A stretch of DNA of 64,000 nt from an uncultured Rhodobacteraceae bacterium (GTDB lineage: Bacteria; Pseudomonadota; Alphaproteobacteria; Rhodobacterales; Rhodobacteraceae): assembly GCA_937924905.1 (NCBI GenBank), contig CALDUK010000015.1:3267-67266 (forward strand), given 5' to 3'. The translations under genes and the position numbers were made by a program. Below are positions 18,993-28,406 of this stretch, in pieces. The notes beneath the pieces were generated by a model. That model searched no databases. It worked only from the letters and a program-made list of their open reading frames with translations, and was not told the origin of the DNA. Every line of letters starts with the position of its first letter. The first letter of the stretch is position 1.

Positions 18993-19344
18993 AATGCCTC
19001 TGCGGTAGCTAGCTATGTGAAAAAAACGAAAAAACAAACTCGAACCGGCTTATTGTGGCGCGACTTACGGGACAAATCATGGCAGGAAACTGTCAATTTA
19101 GCGATTATCTGTCTGGTTTGGCCATTTTCAATCTTGGATACCTTAGTATGGCATCAGCTACGCGGCCAGATATGGTGTTAACCAGAGCGTAGCAAATAGA
19201 ACACAAAGACAACATGCTGGCACAACGGCGCAGATCTGCCATTTTTCAGCCACGCCAGTTGGTAATCTGTCTACATTGCAAAGCGGTGTTCGCTTTGCGT
19301 GCAAACAAGACAGCAGGACGATGGCCAGGTGAGGGCCACTGAAT

Positions 19345-20745
19345 ATGGTTTTTTCTAATCCCGTTTTCCTGTTTCTGTTTTTGCCTGCGACGCTGCTGGC
19401 CTATTTTCTTTGCCCGAAAGCTCTGCGGAACCTCCTGCTTTTGGGGGCAAGTCTTTTCTTCTACGCGTGGGGCGAAGAGCTTTTTGTACTGGTCTTGATC
19501 GGGTCGATCGCCTTGAACTATGTGGCGGGGCTTGTCATTGACCGGGCGCGCGGTCCGCACCGTCTATGGGCGCTTTGGGGCGGGATTGCTGCCAATCTGG
19601 GCCTGTTGGGCTACTATAAGTACGCGGGATTTTTCTTTGAAAACATTGGCCTTTTGGAAGCGGCGAAAAATGCGCCCGCACTGCCCATCGGCATTTCTTT
19701 CTTCACATTTCAGGCGCTCTCGTATCTTGTCGACCTCTATTACGACCGCGTTCACGTGCAGAAAAGTCCGCTAAAGCTTGCGCTTTATATCTCGCTTTTC
19801 CCGCAGCTTATTGCGGGTCCGATCGTGCGCTACTCAGAGGTTGAAGCTGCGCTTTCGGATCGAAAAACCACTCGCAGCGACTTTTCCGAGGGGGTGCACC
19901 AATTTGTGCGGGGCCTTGCGAAGAAAACGCTTGTGGCTGACCCCATGGGGCTCGTGGCGGACCAAATCTATGCAATTCCGGCGGCGGGTCTAAGCCCTGA
20001 AACCGCTTGGCTTGGGGCTATTTGCTATGCGTTCCAGCTTTATTTCGACTTCTCGGCCTATTCAGACATGGCTATCGGTTTGGGGCGTATTTTCGGATTT
20101 CGGTTTCCGAAAAACTTTGACTATCCCTACACCGCACAGTCGGTGACCGAGTTCTGGCGCCGCTGGCATATGACATTGTCGTTTTGGTTTCGGGATTATT
20201 TATACATCCCGCTTGGCGGCAATCGTACCGGGGCAGGGCGGACGTATCTGAACCTTTGGATTGTCTTTCTGGCCACCGGTATTTGGCACGGGGCGGCTTG
20301 GACGTTTGTGGCTTGGGGCGCGTTTCACGGTCTTTTCCTGATCCTTGAACGGCTTGGACTGGCACGCGCCTTGGGCTATTGCCCACGCCCTGTCAGGCAT
20401 GCCTATCTTCTTATCGTTGTGTTGATAGGGTGGGTTATGTTCCGGTCCGAAACTTTTGCGCAATCCTGGTCGCTCTATCAATCGATGTTCCTGATGGAAC
20501 GGGGGGCGATGGCCAACAACTATCCAATAGAACGGTATCTGGACCTTTACACCTGCCTCATTCTGGCACTCGCCACGGTTTTGTCGATTGGCCTTCGCCC
20601 ATGGTTGCGCGCGAAATGGACCACCAAAGAAGGCGAAACGTCTGTCATGATCGGACGCGAGGTTTACTTTTGGACGCTTCTTATAGTGTCGCTCATATCT
20701 GTCGGTGCTGCCTCGTATAGCCCCTTCATCTATTTCAGGTTCTAA
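19345..20745 (+). CDS. MBOAT O-acyltransferase, AlgI/PatA-like
   Basis: LPIGISFFTFQALSY, FPQLIAGPIVRY, YFDFSAYSDMAIG, EFWRRWHMTLSFWFRDYLYIPLGG, GIWHGA, C-terminal PFIYFRF. Confidence 0.95.
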   Translation: MVFSNPVFLFLFLPATLLAYFLCPKALRNLLLLGASLFFYAWGEELFVLVLIGSIALNYVAGLVIDRARGPHRLWALWGGIAANLGLLGYYKYAGFFFENIGLLEAAKNAPALPIGISFFTFQALSYLVDLYYDRVHVQKSPLKLALYISLFPQLIAGPIVRYSEVEAALSDRKTTRSDFSEGVHQFVRGLAKKTLVADPMGLVADQIYAIPAAGLSPETAWLGAICYAFQLYFDFSAYSDMAIGLGRIFGFRFPKNFDYPYTAQSVTEFWRRWHMTLSFWFRDYLYIPLGGNRTGAGRTYLNLWIVFLATGIWHGAAWTFVAWGAFHGLFLILERLGLARALGYCPRPVRHAYLLIVVLIGWVMFRSETFAQSWSLYQSMFLMERGAMANNYPIERYLDLYTCLILALATVLSIGLRPWLRAKWTTKEGETSVMIGREVYFWTLLIVSLISVGAASYSPFIYFRF

Positions 20746-21873
20746 ATGACGCGTCCTGTTTCATATGTTTCGGTTTTTTTGGCGATGCTTCTTCTTGGGG
20801 GGCTCGGGCTTTTGACGATTGCTGATATCTTGGACGGGCCGGGGACGGAACGACAGGAAAGGGTTGCGGCAACACCTGACGTCCCGAAAGACGCAGGCGG
20901 CATCCCGCGCTTTCTCGCCCAATCAAGATTGTATGTCGGCGAACGCTATGCCTTGAAGGATAGTTTTGTGGCCTGGAATGGTCTTGTAAACCACGTCGGC
21001 TTCAACCGCAGTCCGGCCCCGAATGTGGTGTTGGGACAAAACGGGTATCTTTATCTGTCCAGTCAGGGCGCAATCGAAATCAGCCAGGGCCAAAGCCGGT
21101 TGCGGGCAGATGAAACTGCCGATTGGACCGCAACACTCGGCCAGTTGAAAACCGCTTTCGACGCGCGTGGTATCCAATACGGACTTATAATCGGTCCAAA
21201 CAAACATACCATTTTCCCCGAAAACCTGCCCGAATGGGTGGGACCGGTGGCGTGGGACCAAACCCGCGCGCATGACGTCATGACTGTGGCCAAGACTGTG
21301 TTTGGGGCAACATTCGTCGACACACGGCAGGCCTTGATCGCAGCGCGTGGCGACTATGGTAACGACAAACTCTATCACCCGACCGACACGCACTGGACCG
21401 AGCTTGGGGCAGCCCTTGCCACGCAAAAAGCTCTTGCTGCGCTAGGGGTCGATTTGCCGGTCCCCGAATTTGAAGTCGCCACACTGCCCCGCGCCGGGGA
21501 TCTGTCGCGGATGATCGGCCTGCAGGGCAGGCAGGTAGCAACCGCGCCGGAATTGCCAAGAACCTGGGCCTGCACTGATGCCGACGGCAATGAGATGGAA
21601 ATCATCACAATTGATCCAATCATGCCGAAACGGTTTTCTTGTGGATCACCTGATGGGTTGCCCACGAAACTGGTCATTTTCAATGACTCGTTCGGTGTAT
21701 CCGCTATCCCTTTCGTCGCGCAGCATTTCCAAAACGTTGAGTTCATCTGGGAAGATGCTGCCAACCCCGATCAGGCGGCAGAGCTGGACGCGGATATTGT
21801 TCTGCACATCATTGTTGAACGAAAGATGATCCAGGATGATCCGTCCAGCTGGTTGTTGAAGTCGCCCCGCTAA
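20746..21873 (+). CDS. AlgJ/AlgX-like periplasmic O-acetyltransferase (permuted SGNH)
   Basis: N-terminal TM, VVLGQNGYLY, PNKHTIFPE, YHPTDTHWT (DxH), GDLSRM, NDSF, IVER. Confidence 0.85.
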   Translation: MTRPVSYVSVFLAMLLLGGLGLLTIADILDGPGTERQERVAATPDVPKDAGGIPRFLAQSRLYVGERYALKDSFVAWNGLVNHVGFNRSPAPNVVLGQNGYLYLSSQGAIEISQGQSRLRADETADWTATLGQLKTAFDARGIQYGLIIGPNKHTIFPENLPEWVGPVAWDQTRAHDVMTVAKTVFGATFVDTRQALIAARGDYGNDKLYHPTDTHWTELGAALATQKALAALGVDLPVPEFEVATLPRAGDLSRMIGLQGRQVATAPELPRTWACTDADGNEMEIITIDPIMPKRFSCGSPDGLPTKLVIFNDSFGVSAIPFVAQHFQNVEFIWEDAANPDQAAELDADIVLHIIVERKMIQDDPSSWLLKSPR

Positions 21874-21874
21874 G

Positions 21875-22516
21875 ATGAAACGTTCGTTTGCATTGATCCT
21901 TGGCATTTTCGGGTTCGGTCTGGGCGTTTTGGTTGCGACCTTTCTGTCAGCCTCCGTGCCCGCTCAGAACCCACAGGCGGTTTGCCGCCCCTCTGCGCCC
22001 GAACAATTGGCGAATGGCCCAAAGGTTCTGTTTTGGGGCAACAGTCTGGCCTTTGATCACAACTGGCGGCTTCGCAGGTCAGTTCCTGTGAATTGCGCCC
22101 GTCAAGGTATGACGGCAAAGGCGGCGTTGGAGGTGATCCACACCTTACCAGCCATCGAATTTGACGCGATTGTCGTCGTGTTCGGCACGGTCGAACTGCT
22201 GCGCGACATCAAAAGTGTCGATCAGTTTTCAGCCGCAATCAGCACAAATATCGCACAATTGAGTTCAGCCTATGACGGGTCTAAAATTGTTGTTGTTGGC
22301 GTGCCAGAAGGCCCTCTGGATGTGTGGCGATACAATTCAGACGTTCCAGCATCGGCGATGAATGACGTTTTGCGCCAGATAGACGGGGTAGACTACATTG
22401 ACACCACCCAAGTTCTTTCTGACCTGCCTTGGGACATGCAGACGTATGATGGCATTCATTTGACCGCCGAGTCTTATGCCATACTGGAACGGGCGTTGAT
22501 TGAACGGATTAATTAA
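21875..22516 (+). CDS. SGNH/GDSL hydrolase-family protein, membrane-anchored or exported
   Basis: N-terminal TM, VLFWGNSLA (block I), RQG (II), FGTVE (III), YDGIHL (V). Confidence 0.8.
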   Translation: MKRSFALILGIFGFGLGVLVATFLSASVPAQNPQAVCRPSAPEQLANGPKVLFWGNSLAFDHNWRLRRSVPVNCARQGMTAKAALEVIHTLPAIEFDAIVVVFGTVELLRDIKSVDQFSAAISTNIAQLSSAYDGSKIVVVGVPEGPLDVWRYNSDVPASAMNDVLRQIDGVDYIDTTQVLSDLPWDMQTYDGIHLTAESYAILERALIERIN

Positions 22517-22573
22517 ACGCGCAATCCTCAAGGTGTTCGTCGACCGCGCTTGCCTGACAACCATTTGAGTGCC

Positions 22574-23797
22574 TTAAGTCGAAAATGGATCCTTCAACGC
22601 CGGCTGCACGGTGCCGCTGCAATCGCCAAACCCAATCAGATACCCGTCGCCTTCGGCTGCGCCATGCAGACCAACAGTGTCGCCGTCTTCGACAAAACTG
22701 CGCGGTCCGGACGCTGTTTCAAGTGGCTCTTTTCCGCCCCAACTCAATTCCAAAAAAGACCCGCGGTTTTCGCGTTCCGGCCCCGATATCGTGCCTGACC
22801 CAAGCAAATCGCCCACGCGCATGGGGCAACCCGATGTGGTGTGATGTGCCAGTTGCTGGGCGGCGGAATAATACATTTCACGATAGTTCGTCTTGGCAAT
22901 CGTCTCACCGTTCAATGTGACGGACAGGGGAATGTCATACAGCATCGGGCCTGTGTCCCGAAGATGGGGCAGCAGATCTTTCTCCCGCATGGGTGAGGCG
23001 CATCGGAAGGGCTCCAAGGCTTCTTTCGTCACAATCCAGGGACTGATAGTGGTCGCCGTTGCCTTGGCTTGAAACGGGCCCAGGGGTTGGTATTCCCAGG
23101 CTTGTATGTCGCGCGCTGACCAGTCGTTCAGCAGAACATAGCCGAAGATATTCGCATCCGCCTGATCTACGTTAAGCGGCGTGTTCGAGGCACGACCGAC
23201 GATCGCACCCATTTCCAGTTCGATATCAAAACGCGCGGAAGGCGCCCATCGAGGTGCTGTATCATCAGGCCCCTTCAACTGACCCCAAGGGCGTCGAACA
23301 TCCGTGCCAGACACCACCACCGAAGACGCACGGCCGTTATAGCCGATTGGAATGTGCAACCAATTCGGCGGCAGAGCGTTTTCGGCACCGCGGAACATAG
23401 TACCGACATTCGTGGCATGGTGCTGGCCCGCATAGAAATCAGTAAATTCGCTGACGGTGAACGGCATATGCATGACAGCTTCGGCCTGTGGCACCAGCGC
23501 GCCTGCGCGTTCATCTGCGCCTTCGGCCAGCGTATTCGATAACGCCGCACGCAATGCAGCCCAAACTTGCGGCGTCTGTTCCATCACCGCGTTCCAACCG
23601 CGCGCGTCTTCCAGCAAGGACGGTTCAACGGGCAAAAGATCAGCAATTTTGGCGACGTCAAGAATCTGATCCCCGATGGCGACGCCCAATCGGCATGGGC
23701 CGCTGCCCAGCGAAAAGACACCATAGGGCAGGTTGTTCAGTGGGAATGGCGTGTCTGCGTGATTGGCCGAAGCGACCCAGGAACGTTTCAAAGTCAT
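22574..23797 (-). CDS. fahA: Fumarylacetoacetase
   Basis: FPLNNLPYGVFS, FTDFYAG.HHATNVG, YNGRASS, NDWSARDIQAWEYQPLGPF, GDLLGSGTISG. Confidence 0.95.
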   Translation of the reverse strand: MTLKRSWVASANHADTPFPLNNLPYGVFSLGSGPCRLGVAIGDQILDVAKIADLLPVEPSLLEDARGWNAVMEQTPQVWAALRAALSNTLAEGADERAGALVPQAEAVMHMPFTVSEFTDFYAGQHHATNVGTMFRGAENALPPNWLHIPIGYNGRASSVVVSGTDVRRPWGQLKGPDDTAPRWAPSARFDIELEMGAIVGRASNTPLNVDQADANIFGYVLLNDWSARDIQAWEYQPLGPFQAKATATTISPWIVTKEALEPFRCASPMREKDLLPHLRDTGPMLYDIPLSVTLNGETIAKTNYREMYYSAAQQLAHHTTSGCPMRVGDLLGSGTISGPERENRGSFLELSWGGKEPLETASGPRSFVEDGDTVGLHGAAEGDGYLIGFGDCSGTVQPALKDPFST

Positions 23798-24135
23798 GTG
23801 GCATCCATCTGTTTCTCGGGCCGGGCCGCATCAAAGGCCGCCAGCGCCAAGCACTTGCGTGCGCAAAACAGCGTCGTCGTTTGGCAAAAGCGGGGGGATG
23901 GGACCACCTGATCCAGATAATCCAAAATGGCAATCGATTTGGTCAAAACGGTCCCGTCTTCAAGCACCAGAGTCGGCACGCGTTTGACGGGGTTCAGTCT
24001 GGCATAATCCGGTTTGCGATGTTCCCCGGCCACAAGATTGACCGGTCGGATGGTGTAGACAATCCCCTTCAGGCCCAGTGCAATGCGCACGCGGTAAGAG
24101 GTGGTTGAACGCGAATAGCTATATAATGTCAGCAT
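23794..24135 (-). pseudogene. maiA: Maleylacetoacetate isomerase (GST zeta) remnant with an internal deletion and a frameshift
   Basis: N-terminus LYSYSRSTTSYRVRIAL..NP..VPTL and C-terminus AFDAARPEKQ.D are both present in only 113 aa; most of the helical domain is missing. Confidence 0.85.
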
Positions 24136-24315
24136 TTCACCTTTGCCCAATTCCAACCACAAGGCCGGCCGCCCGCTGCATCCCCGAAACTATTGGCTGA
24201 TTTTGTAACCAACAACACAGAAGTTACGTTTGCGACTAATGCGCAAGAGGAAACCGTGATCGGTATCAAGGCCAACGCCTGTTAATCTGCCACCGCTTTG
24301 GGCTCGGCGCGCACG

Positions 24316-25077
24316 TTAGGTCGGCTGCCGCTCAGCCCAGCCTGCAAAAACTCTCTCAAGCCACACCACAATGTAATACAAAACAATCCCCAGCAGTGCC
24401 AAAGCGATCAGTACGGCAAACATCAGCGGATAGTCGGAATTGGTTTTTCCGCTGTCGAACAATGCACCCAACCCACGCCCATGAGGGCTGACAATTTCCA
24501 TAAGGTTCGTGCCAATAAATGCCAGCGTCACCGCGACTTTCAGTGCACCAAAAAATTCGGGCAGAGTTTTCGGCAGCGCAATTTTCCAAAAGATCGTCGA
24601 TTGCGATGCTCCAAGGGACCGCAGGATGTCGCGGTATTCAGGCTCTAGCGTAGAAAGCCCGATGGACACAGAAACAGCGATTGGGAAAAAGCTGATCATA
24701 AATGCAATCAGCACCGTGTTGAAATCATGCGCGCCAACGAACAACAGCGCGACGATCGGCACGATCGTCGCTTTGGGTATTGCGTTGAACCCCACCAAAA
24801 GCGGGTAAAGCGCATCGCGCATTGTCCGCGAAAATCCCATGACCATCCCCAAAACCACGCCAAAGACGATGGCCAGGATCAAGCCCAGCACCGTACGCCA
24901 AAGTGTTTGCCACCCCATGATCAGAAACAGGTTCCAGAATTTTGAATAAGCCGCTGGCAGATCCGAAGGCGAGGCCATGATGTAATTCGGCCAATCGTTT
25001 ATCCAGACAATCGCTTCCCAAAGAACCAGAAAAACCAACATCGCAGCCAGAGGTACAGCAATCTTGCTGAGCATCAC
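24316..25077 (-). CDS. NitT/TauT-family ABC transporter permease
   Basis: FNAIPKATIVP, ILRSLGAS..IFWKIALP, GRGLG. Confidence 0.92.
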   Translation of the reverse strand: MMLSKIAVPLAAMLVFLVLWEAIVWINDWPNYIMASPSDLPAAYSKFWNLFLIMGWQTLWRTVLGLILAIVFGVVLGMVMGFSRTMRDALYPLLVGFNAIPKATIVPIVALLFVGAHDFNTVLIAFMISFFPIAVSVSIGLSTLEPEYRDILRSLGASQSTIFWKIALPKTLPEFFGALKVAVTLAFIGTNLMEIVSPHGRGLGALFDSGKTNSDYPLMFAVLIALALLGIVLYYIVVWLERVFAGWAERQPT

Positions 25078-25874
25078 GCGGCCTCCCCGTTGGCAGGCGC
25101 ACGGCCTTGTGCAATCTCAATCTGGTGACGCAAAATGTTCAGTCGTTCGGCGGCTTCGGGCGTATAAAGATCATCCAGCGTTCTTGTGCGGTTTGTCGGG
25201 ATATCCATCACGTATTGCGTGCGGGCCGGACGACCGGACAAAACGATGACTTGATCGGCCAGAAAAATGGACTCCCTCAGATCATGGGTGATCAGGACGC
25301 CGGTGAACGGTTCTTCTTCTTTGACTTTCAACATCGTTTGCCACAAGTCTTCGCGCGTAAAAGCATCAAGCGCGCCAAAAGGTTCGTCCAGTATCAAAAC
25401 CTCGGGCTTGTGGACCAGCGACCGGCACAGCGAGGCGCGTTGCCGCATACCGCCTGACAATTCCGAGGGCCGTTTGTCTTCGAACCCTTCAAGCCCCACA
25501 AGTGCCAAAAGCTCCCTTGCCCGCGCTTCCTGTTGCGCTGCTGTCATGGGGGTTTTGACAATCTCCAGAGGCAGCATGACGTTTTTCAAAATGCTGCGCC
25601 ATTCCAAAAGTACAGGGTTCTGAAACGCCATGCCAACTGTTGAACGCGGACCTTTCACGCGTTCGCCATGCAACCAAACTTCGCCTTCGTCAGGTTTCAT
25701 CAAGCCAGCGATCAATCGCGTCAGGGTGGACTTGCCACACCCGGATGGTCCGACAACTGCGACGAAGCCGCCTTCGGGCACAGACACCTCTAACCCATCC
25801 AGAACAGGCAGGGGGCCGCTGGCGGTCTGATACGCATGTCGCACAGACTTAATCTCGATCAACGCGTCGCTCAT
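25074..25874 (-). CDS. NitT/TauT-family ABC transporter ATP-binding protein
   Basis: [34 protein letters not shown]. Start ATG 25874. Confidence 0.95.
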   Translation of the reverse strand: MSDALIEIKSVRHAYQTASGPLPVLDGLEVSVPEGGFVAVVGPSGCGKSTLTRLIAGLMKPDEGEVWLHGERVKGPRSTVGMAFQNPVLLEWRSILKNVMLPLEIVKTPMTAAQQEARARELLALVGLEGFEDKRPSELSGGMRQRASLCRSLVHKPEVLILDEPFGALDAFTREDLWQTMLKVKEEEPFTGVLITHDLRESIFLADQVIVLSGRPARTQYVMDIPTNRTRTLDDLYTPEAAERLNILRHQIEIAQGRAPANGEAA

Positions 25875-25925
25875 GGTCGTCTTCTCGGTGAAATGGCTGG
25901 GCAGGGGAAAGGCAACGCCTCTCCC

Positions 25926-25958
25926 CAAAAGGGCGCCGCCTGTTGGCGACGCCTTTTG
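25926..25958 (-). terminator. Stem-loop directly after the binding-protein gene (partial terminator or mRNA stabiliser)
   Basis: CAAAAGGGCGCCGCC-TGTT-GGCGACGCCTTTTG (+ strand). Confidence 0.55.
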
Positions 25959-26960
25959 TCAATTCAGCTTGAACCCACCATCCGGCAGATAGGTATCGGT
26001 GAAATAGAGCGATGCATCAGGTTCATTCTGAAACTCATAGGTTTTGGCCAGTTGACCCAGTGCGGCGTCCATTCGTGCGGCGTCAATGTCGCCCATGCCG
26101 TTGGCCATGACGAATGCGGTCGCGACATTCTGGTCCAGTGCCATCTGCAGGCGTTCCTGTTCGAGTGCCGGATCAGCGGCCGGATTGCGTTTGACAAGCG
26201 CTTCGATGCCCATCGCAGGATTGGCTTTCACATCTTGCCAGCCTTTGGCCACGGCACGCAAGAATTTTTCAATCGTTTCGCCGTTTTCAGCCGCCCAATC
26301 CGTGTTCACAAGGATGGCGTTACCGTAAAGTTGAAGCCCGTGATCAGCCATCAAGATATTCGAGATATCGTCGCCCGGCACGCCAAGACGCTTTAGGTTC
26401 ACAACCGACGAAAAGGAAAACCCGGTGATCGCGGCCACATTGCCTTCGGCCAACATTGGCTCGCGGGTTGGGAAACCGACGGGTTCGACGGTGACGGTGC
26501 TGGCATCAATCCCGGTTTCGTCCACAAAAACCGGCCACTGCGCCCAAGCGCCATCCGGTGGCGGAGCACCCAAAACCTTGCCTTCCAGGTCAGCGGGGCC
26601 TGAAACTCCCAGCGACTTGCGGCCAACGATTGCAAACGGTGGCTTGTCGTACACCATCATCACGGCGGTGACCGGCGCGCCCGGGTTCTGATCAAGAAAC
26701 TTGATAACGCTGTTTATGTCGCCAAAGCCGATTGGAAATGCGCCGGTGGCAATTTTCGGAATAGTCTGAACTGACCCGGACCCGGCTTCGATCGTCACTT
26801 CCAGCCCTTCTTCCGCGAAATGGCCATTGTCGATAGCCGCAAAGTATGGCGCGGACGGTCCTTCGAATTTCCAATCAAGTGCGAAGGGCACCTTTGTTTG
26901 GGCGAAAGCCGCGCTTGCAGCAAAAAGGCCAGCAGCGGCCAGAAATGCACGGGTAAGCAA
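25959..26960 (-). CDS. NMT1/THI5-like ABC transporter solute-binding protein
   Basis: Signal peptide, FALDWKFEGP, GSGS, LEGKVLGAP, YGNAI; TTG start with AAGGAG RBS. Confidence 0.9.
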   Translation of the reverse strand: MLTRAFLAAAGLFAASAAFAQTKVPFALDWKFEGPSAPYFAAIDNGHFAEEGLEVTIEAGSGSVQTIPKIATGAFPIGFGDINSVIKFLDQNPGAPVTAVMMVYDKPPFAIVGRKSLGVSGPADLEGKVLGAPPPDGAWAQWPVFVDETGIDASTVTVEPVGFPTREPMLAEGNVAAITGFSFSSVVNLKRLGVPGDDISNILMADHGLQLYGNAILVNTDWAAENGETIEKFLRAVAKGWQDVKANPAMGIEALVKRNPAADPALEQERLQMALDQNVATAFVMANGMGDIDAARMDAALGQLAKTYEFQNEPDASLYFTDTYLPDGGFKLN

Positions 26961-27176
26961 GTGAATGTCTCCTTGGTTAGACTTTGTTCTCACATGGGGA
27001 TATTTGGCGACTAACCAGTCGCGTCAAACCAGTCCCACTCTGGTTCAGCAATCAACGTATCATTGCCTGTCAGATTGGCAATCTCTTACCGAAGTGATGC
27101 AAAACCGGTCAGGTTTGCATCGCTAAACCCGACCGCTTCCACAGGTTTCCATTGCAGCAAAAGCGCGTGCCAAGCA

Positions 27177-28106
27177 TCAAGTCGCCTTGGCCGCGCGCAA
27201 TAACAGGTCAATTTCATCTCGTTTCGGCATCGAGGGTGCGGTGCCCGGTTTCGTCACCGAAAGTGCTGCCGTCGCTGCCCCAAACCGGGTGGCTTCGACC
27301 GGGCTTTGACCTTCGCTCAATGCTACGGCGAACCCGCCATTGAACGCGTCCCCCGCACCTGTTGTTTCGACGACCGGTCCGGCGTCAAATGCGGGCACAT
27401 GGATCGCATCGCTCTTTGTCACCAACAGCGCGCCATTGTCGCCCAATGTCAGCAGGGCGGCACCGACGCCCATGTCCAAAAGTTGTTTTCCCGCGCTTGT
27501 GGCGGTCTCAATATTCGTGACGGGCAAGCCTGTCAGCGCTTCGGCCTCAGATTCATTGGGTGTGACGTAGTCGCAAAGTGGAAAAACCGCCGCAGGCAGA
27601 TCCGCGGCGGGTGCTGGGTTTAAAATTGTTGTGGCGCCGCCCGCTTTCGCAATCTCAAGCCCGCGAATGGCGGAAGCCAATGGCTGTTCCAACTGGGTCA
27701 TGAACACGTCGGCCGAACCGACAAGATCTGCATGCGCTTCGACGTCTTTGGCTGAAATGGTACCTGCAACGCCCGGACATATGATAATAGCGTTCTGTCC
27801 GGTTGCTTCTTCCACAAAGATATAGGCTGCGCCGGTCGCCCCATCCTCATGGTGGGTAACCGCAGGTGTCACACCAGCCTCTTGCCAAATTTGCATCCCC
27901 ATATCTGCAAACAGGTCCCGACCAAGTTTAGAAATGAAATGCACATTGCCCCCGGCACGCGCCGCCGCAACCGCCTGGTTCGATCCTTTGCCGCCCGGGC
28001 CCAGCGCGAAATCATTGCCAAGAACCGTCTCGCCCAATTTCGGCGCGCGGTCCGCGCGATAAGTGGTGTCAGCGACGAAGACACCCAATATTGCGATATG
28101 GCCCAT
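27177..28106 (-). CDS. rbsK: Ribokinase
   Basis: GPGGKGSNQAVAAARAG, TQLE, ILNPAPA, TPNESEAE, ETTGAGDAFNG. Confidence 0.9.
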   Translation of the reverse strand: MGHIAILGVFVADTTYRADRAPKLGETVLGNDFALGPGGKGSNQAVAAARAGGNVHFISKLGRDLFADMGMQIWQEAGVTPAVTHHEDGATGAAYIFVEEATGQNAIIICPGVAGTISAKDVEAHADLVGSADVFMTQLEQPLASAIRGLEIAKAGGATTILNPAPAADLPAAVFPLCDYVTPNESEAEALTGLPVTNIETATSAGKQLLDMGVGAALLTLGDNGALLVTKSDAIHVPAFDAGPVVETTGAGDAFNGGFAVALSEGQSPVEATRFGAATAALSVTKPGTAPSMPKRDEIDLLLRAAKAT

Positions 28107-28242
28107 GTGCGGTTCCCACCTGATGAAATAATTCAAAACGGTAAACGACCGAACGCAGCGGGTCTAGGCGGGCAGGCGGATACCACAGCGTGCCACCGGG
28201 TTGACGGAAAACGGGCGATGGCCTAGACGACTTATGCTTATC

Positions 28243-28316
28243 GCGGGCGTTGTGTAGTGGTAAGACCTCAGCCTTCCAAGCTGATGACGCGGGTTCGATT
28301 CCCGCCGCCCGCTCCA
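28243..28316 (+). tRNA. tRNA-Gly (anticodon TCC)
   Basis: Acceptor stem GCGGGCG/CGCCCGC, anticodon arm TCAGC-CTTCCAA-GCTGA, T-arm GCGGG-TTCGATT-CCCGC, encoded CCA; 74 nt. Confidence 0.97.
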
Positions 28317-28406
28317 AAAGCTTCTTTCGATTTTGTTTGTTGTCTTGTCAGTGGCTTGTGCATTCTGTTGCGCTTGGCTTAAGTGGCGACAAGACAAGGA
28401 AGCGAT

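Noticed and set aside
19149..19232. Sigma-54 promoter-like TGGCA sequences upstream of the MBOAT gene
   Set aside because: Neither has a TTGC -12 element at the correct spacing.
26961..27176. TPP riboswitch upstream of the NMT1/THI5-like gene
   Set aside because: The conserved CTGAGA and CCTGA..TAATGC core motifs were not found.
28252..28266. G-G mismatch in the tRNA-Gly D-stem, suggesting a pseudo-tRNA
   Set aside because: Weak D-stems are normal for tRNA-Gly(TCC); the other arms and CCA are perfect.
28069..28317. 82-aa ORF MERAAGIEPASSAWKAEVLPL...
   Set aside because: Classic antisense translation of a tRNA gene.
28243..28400. tRNA-Gly as an integration site for an island or prophage
   Set aside because: No integrase nearby, and I saw no duplicate of the tRNA 3' end in the window.
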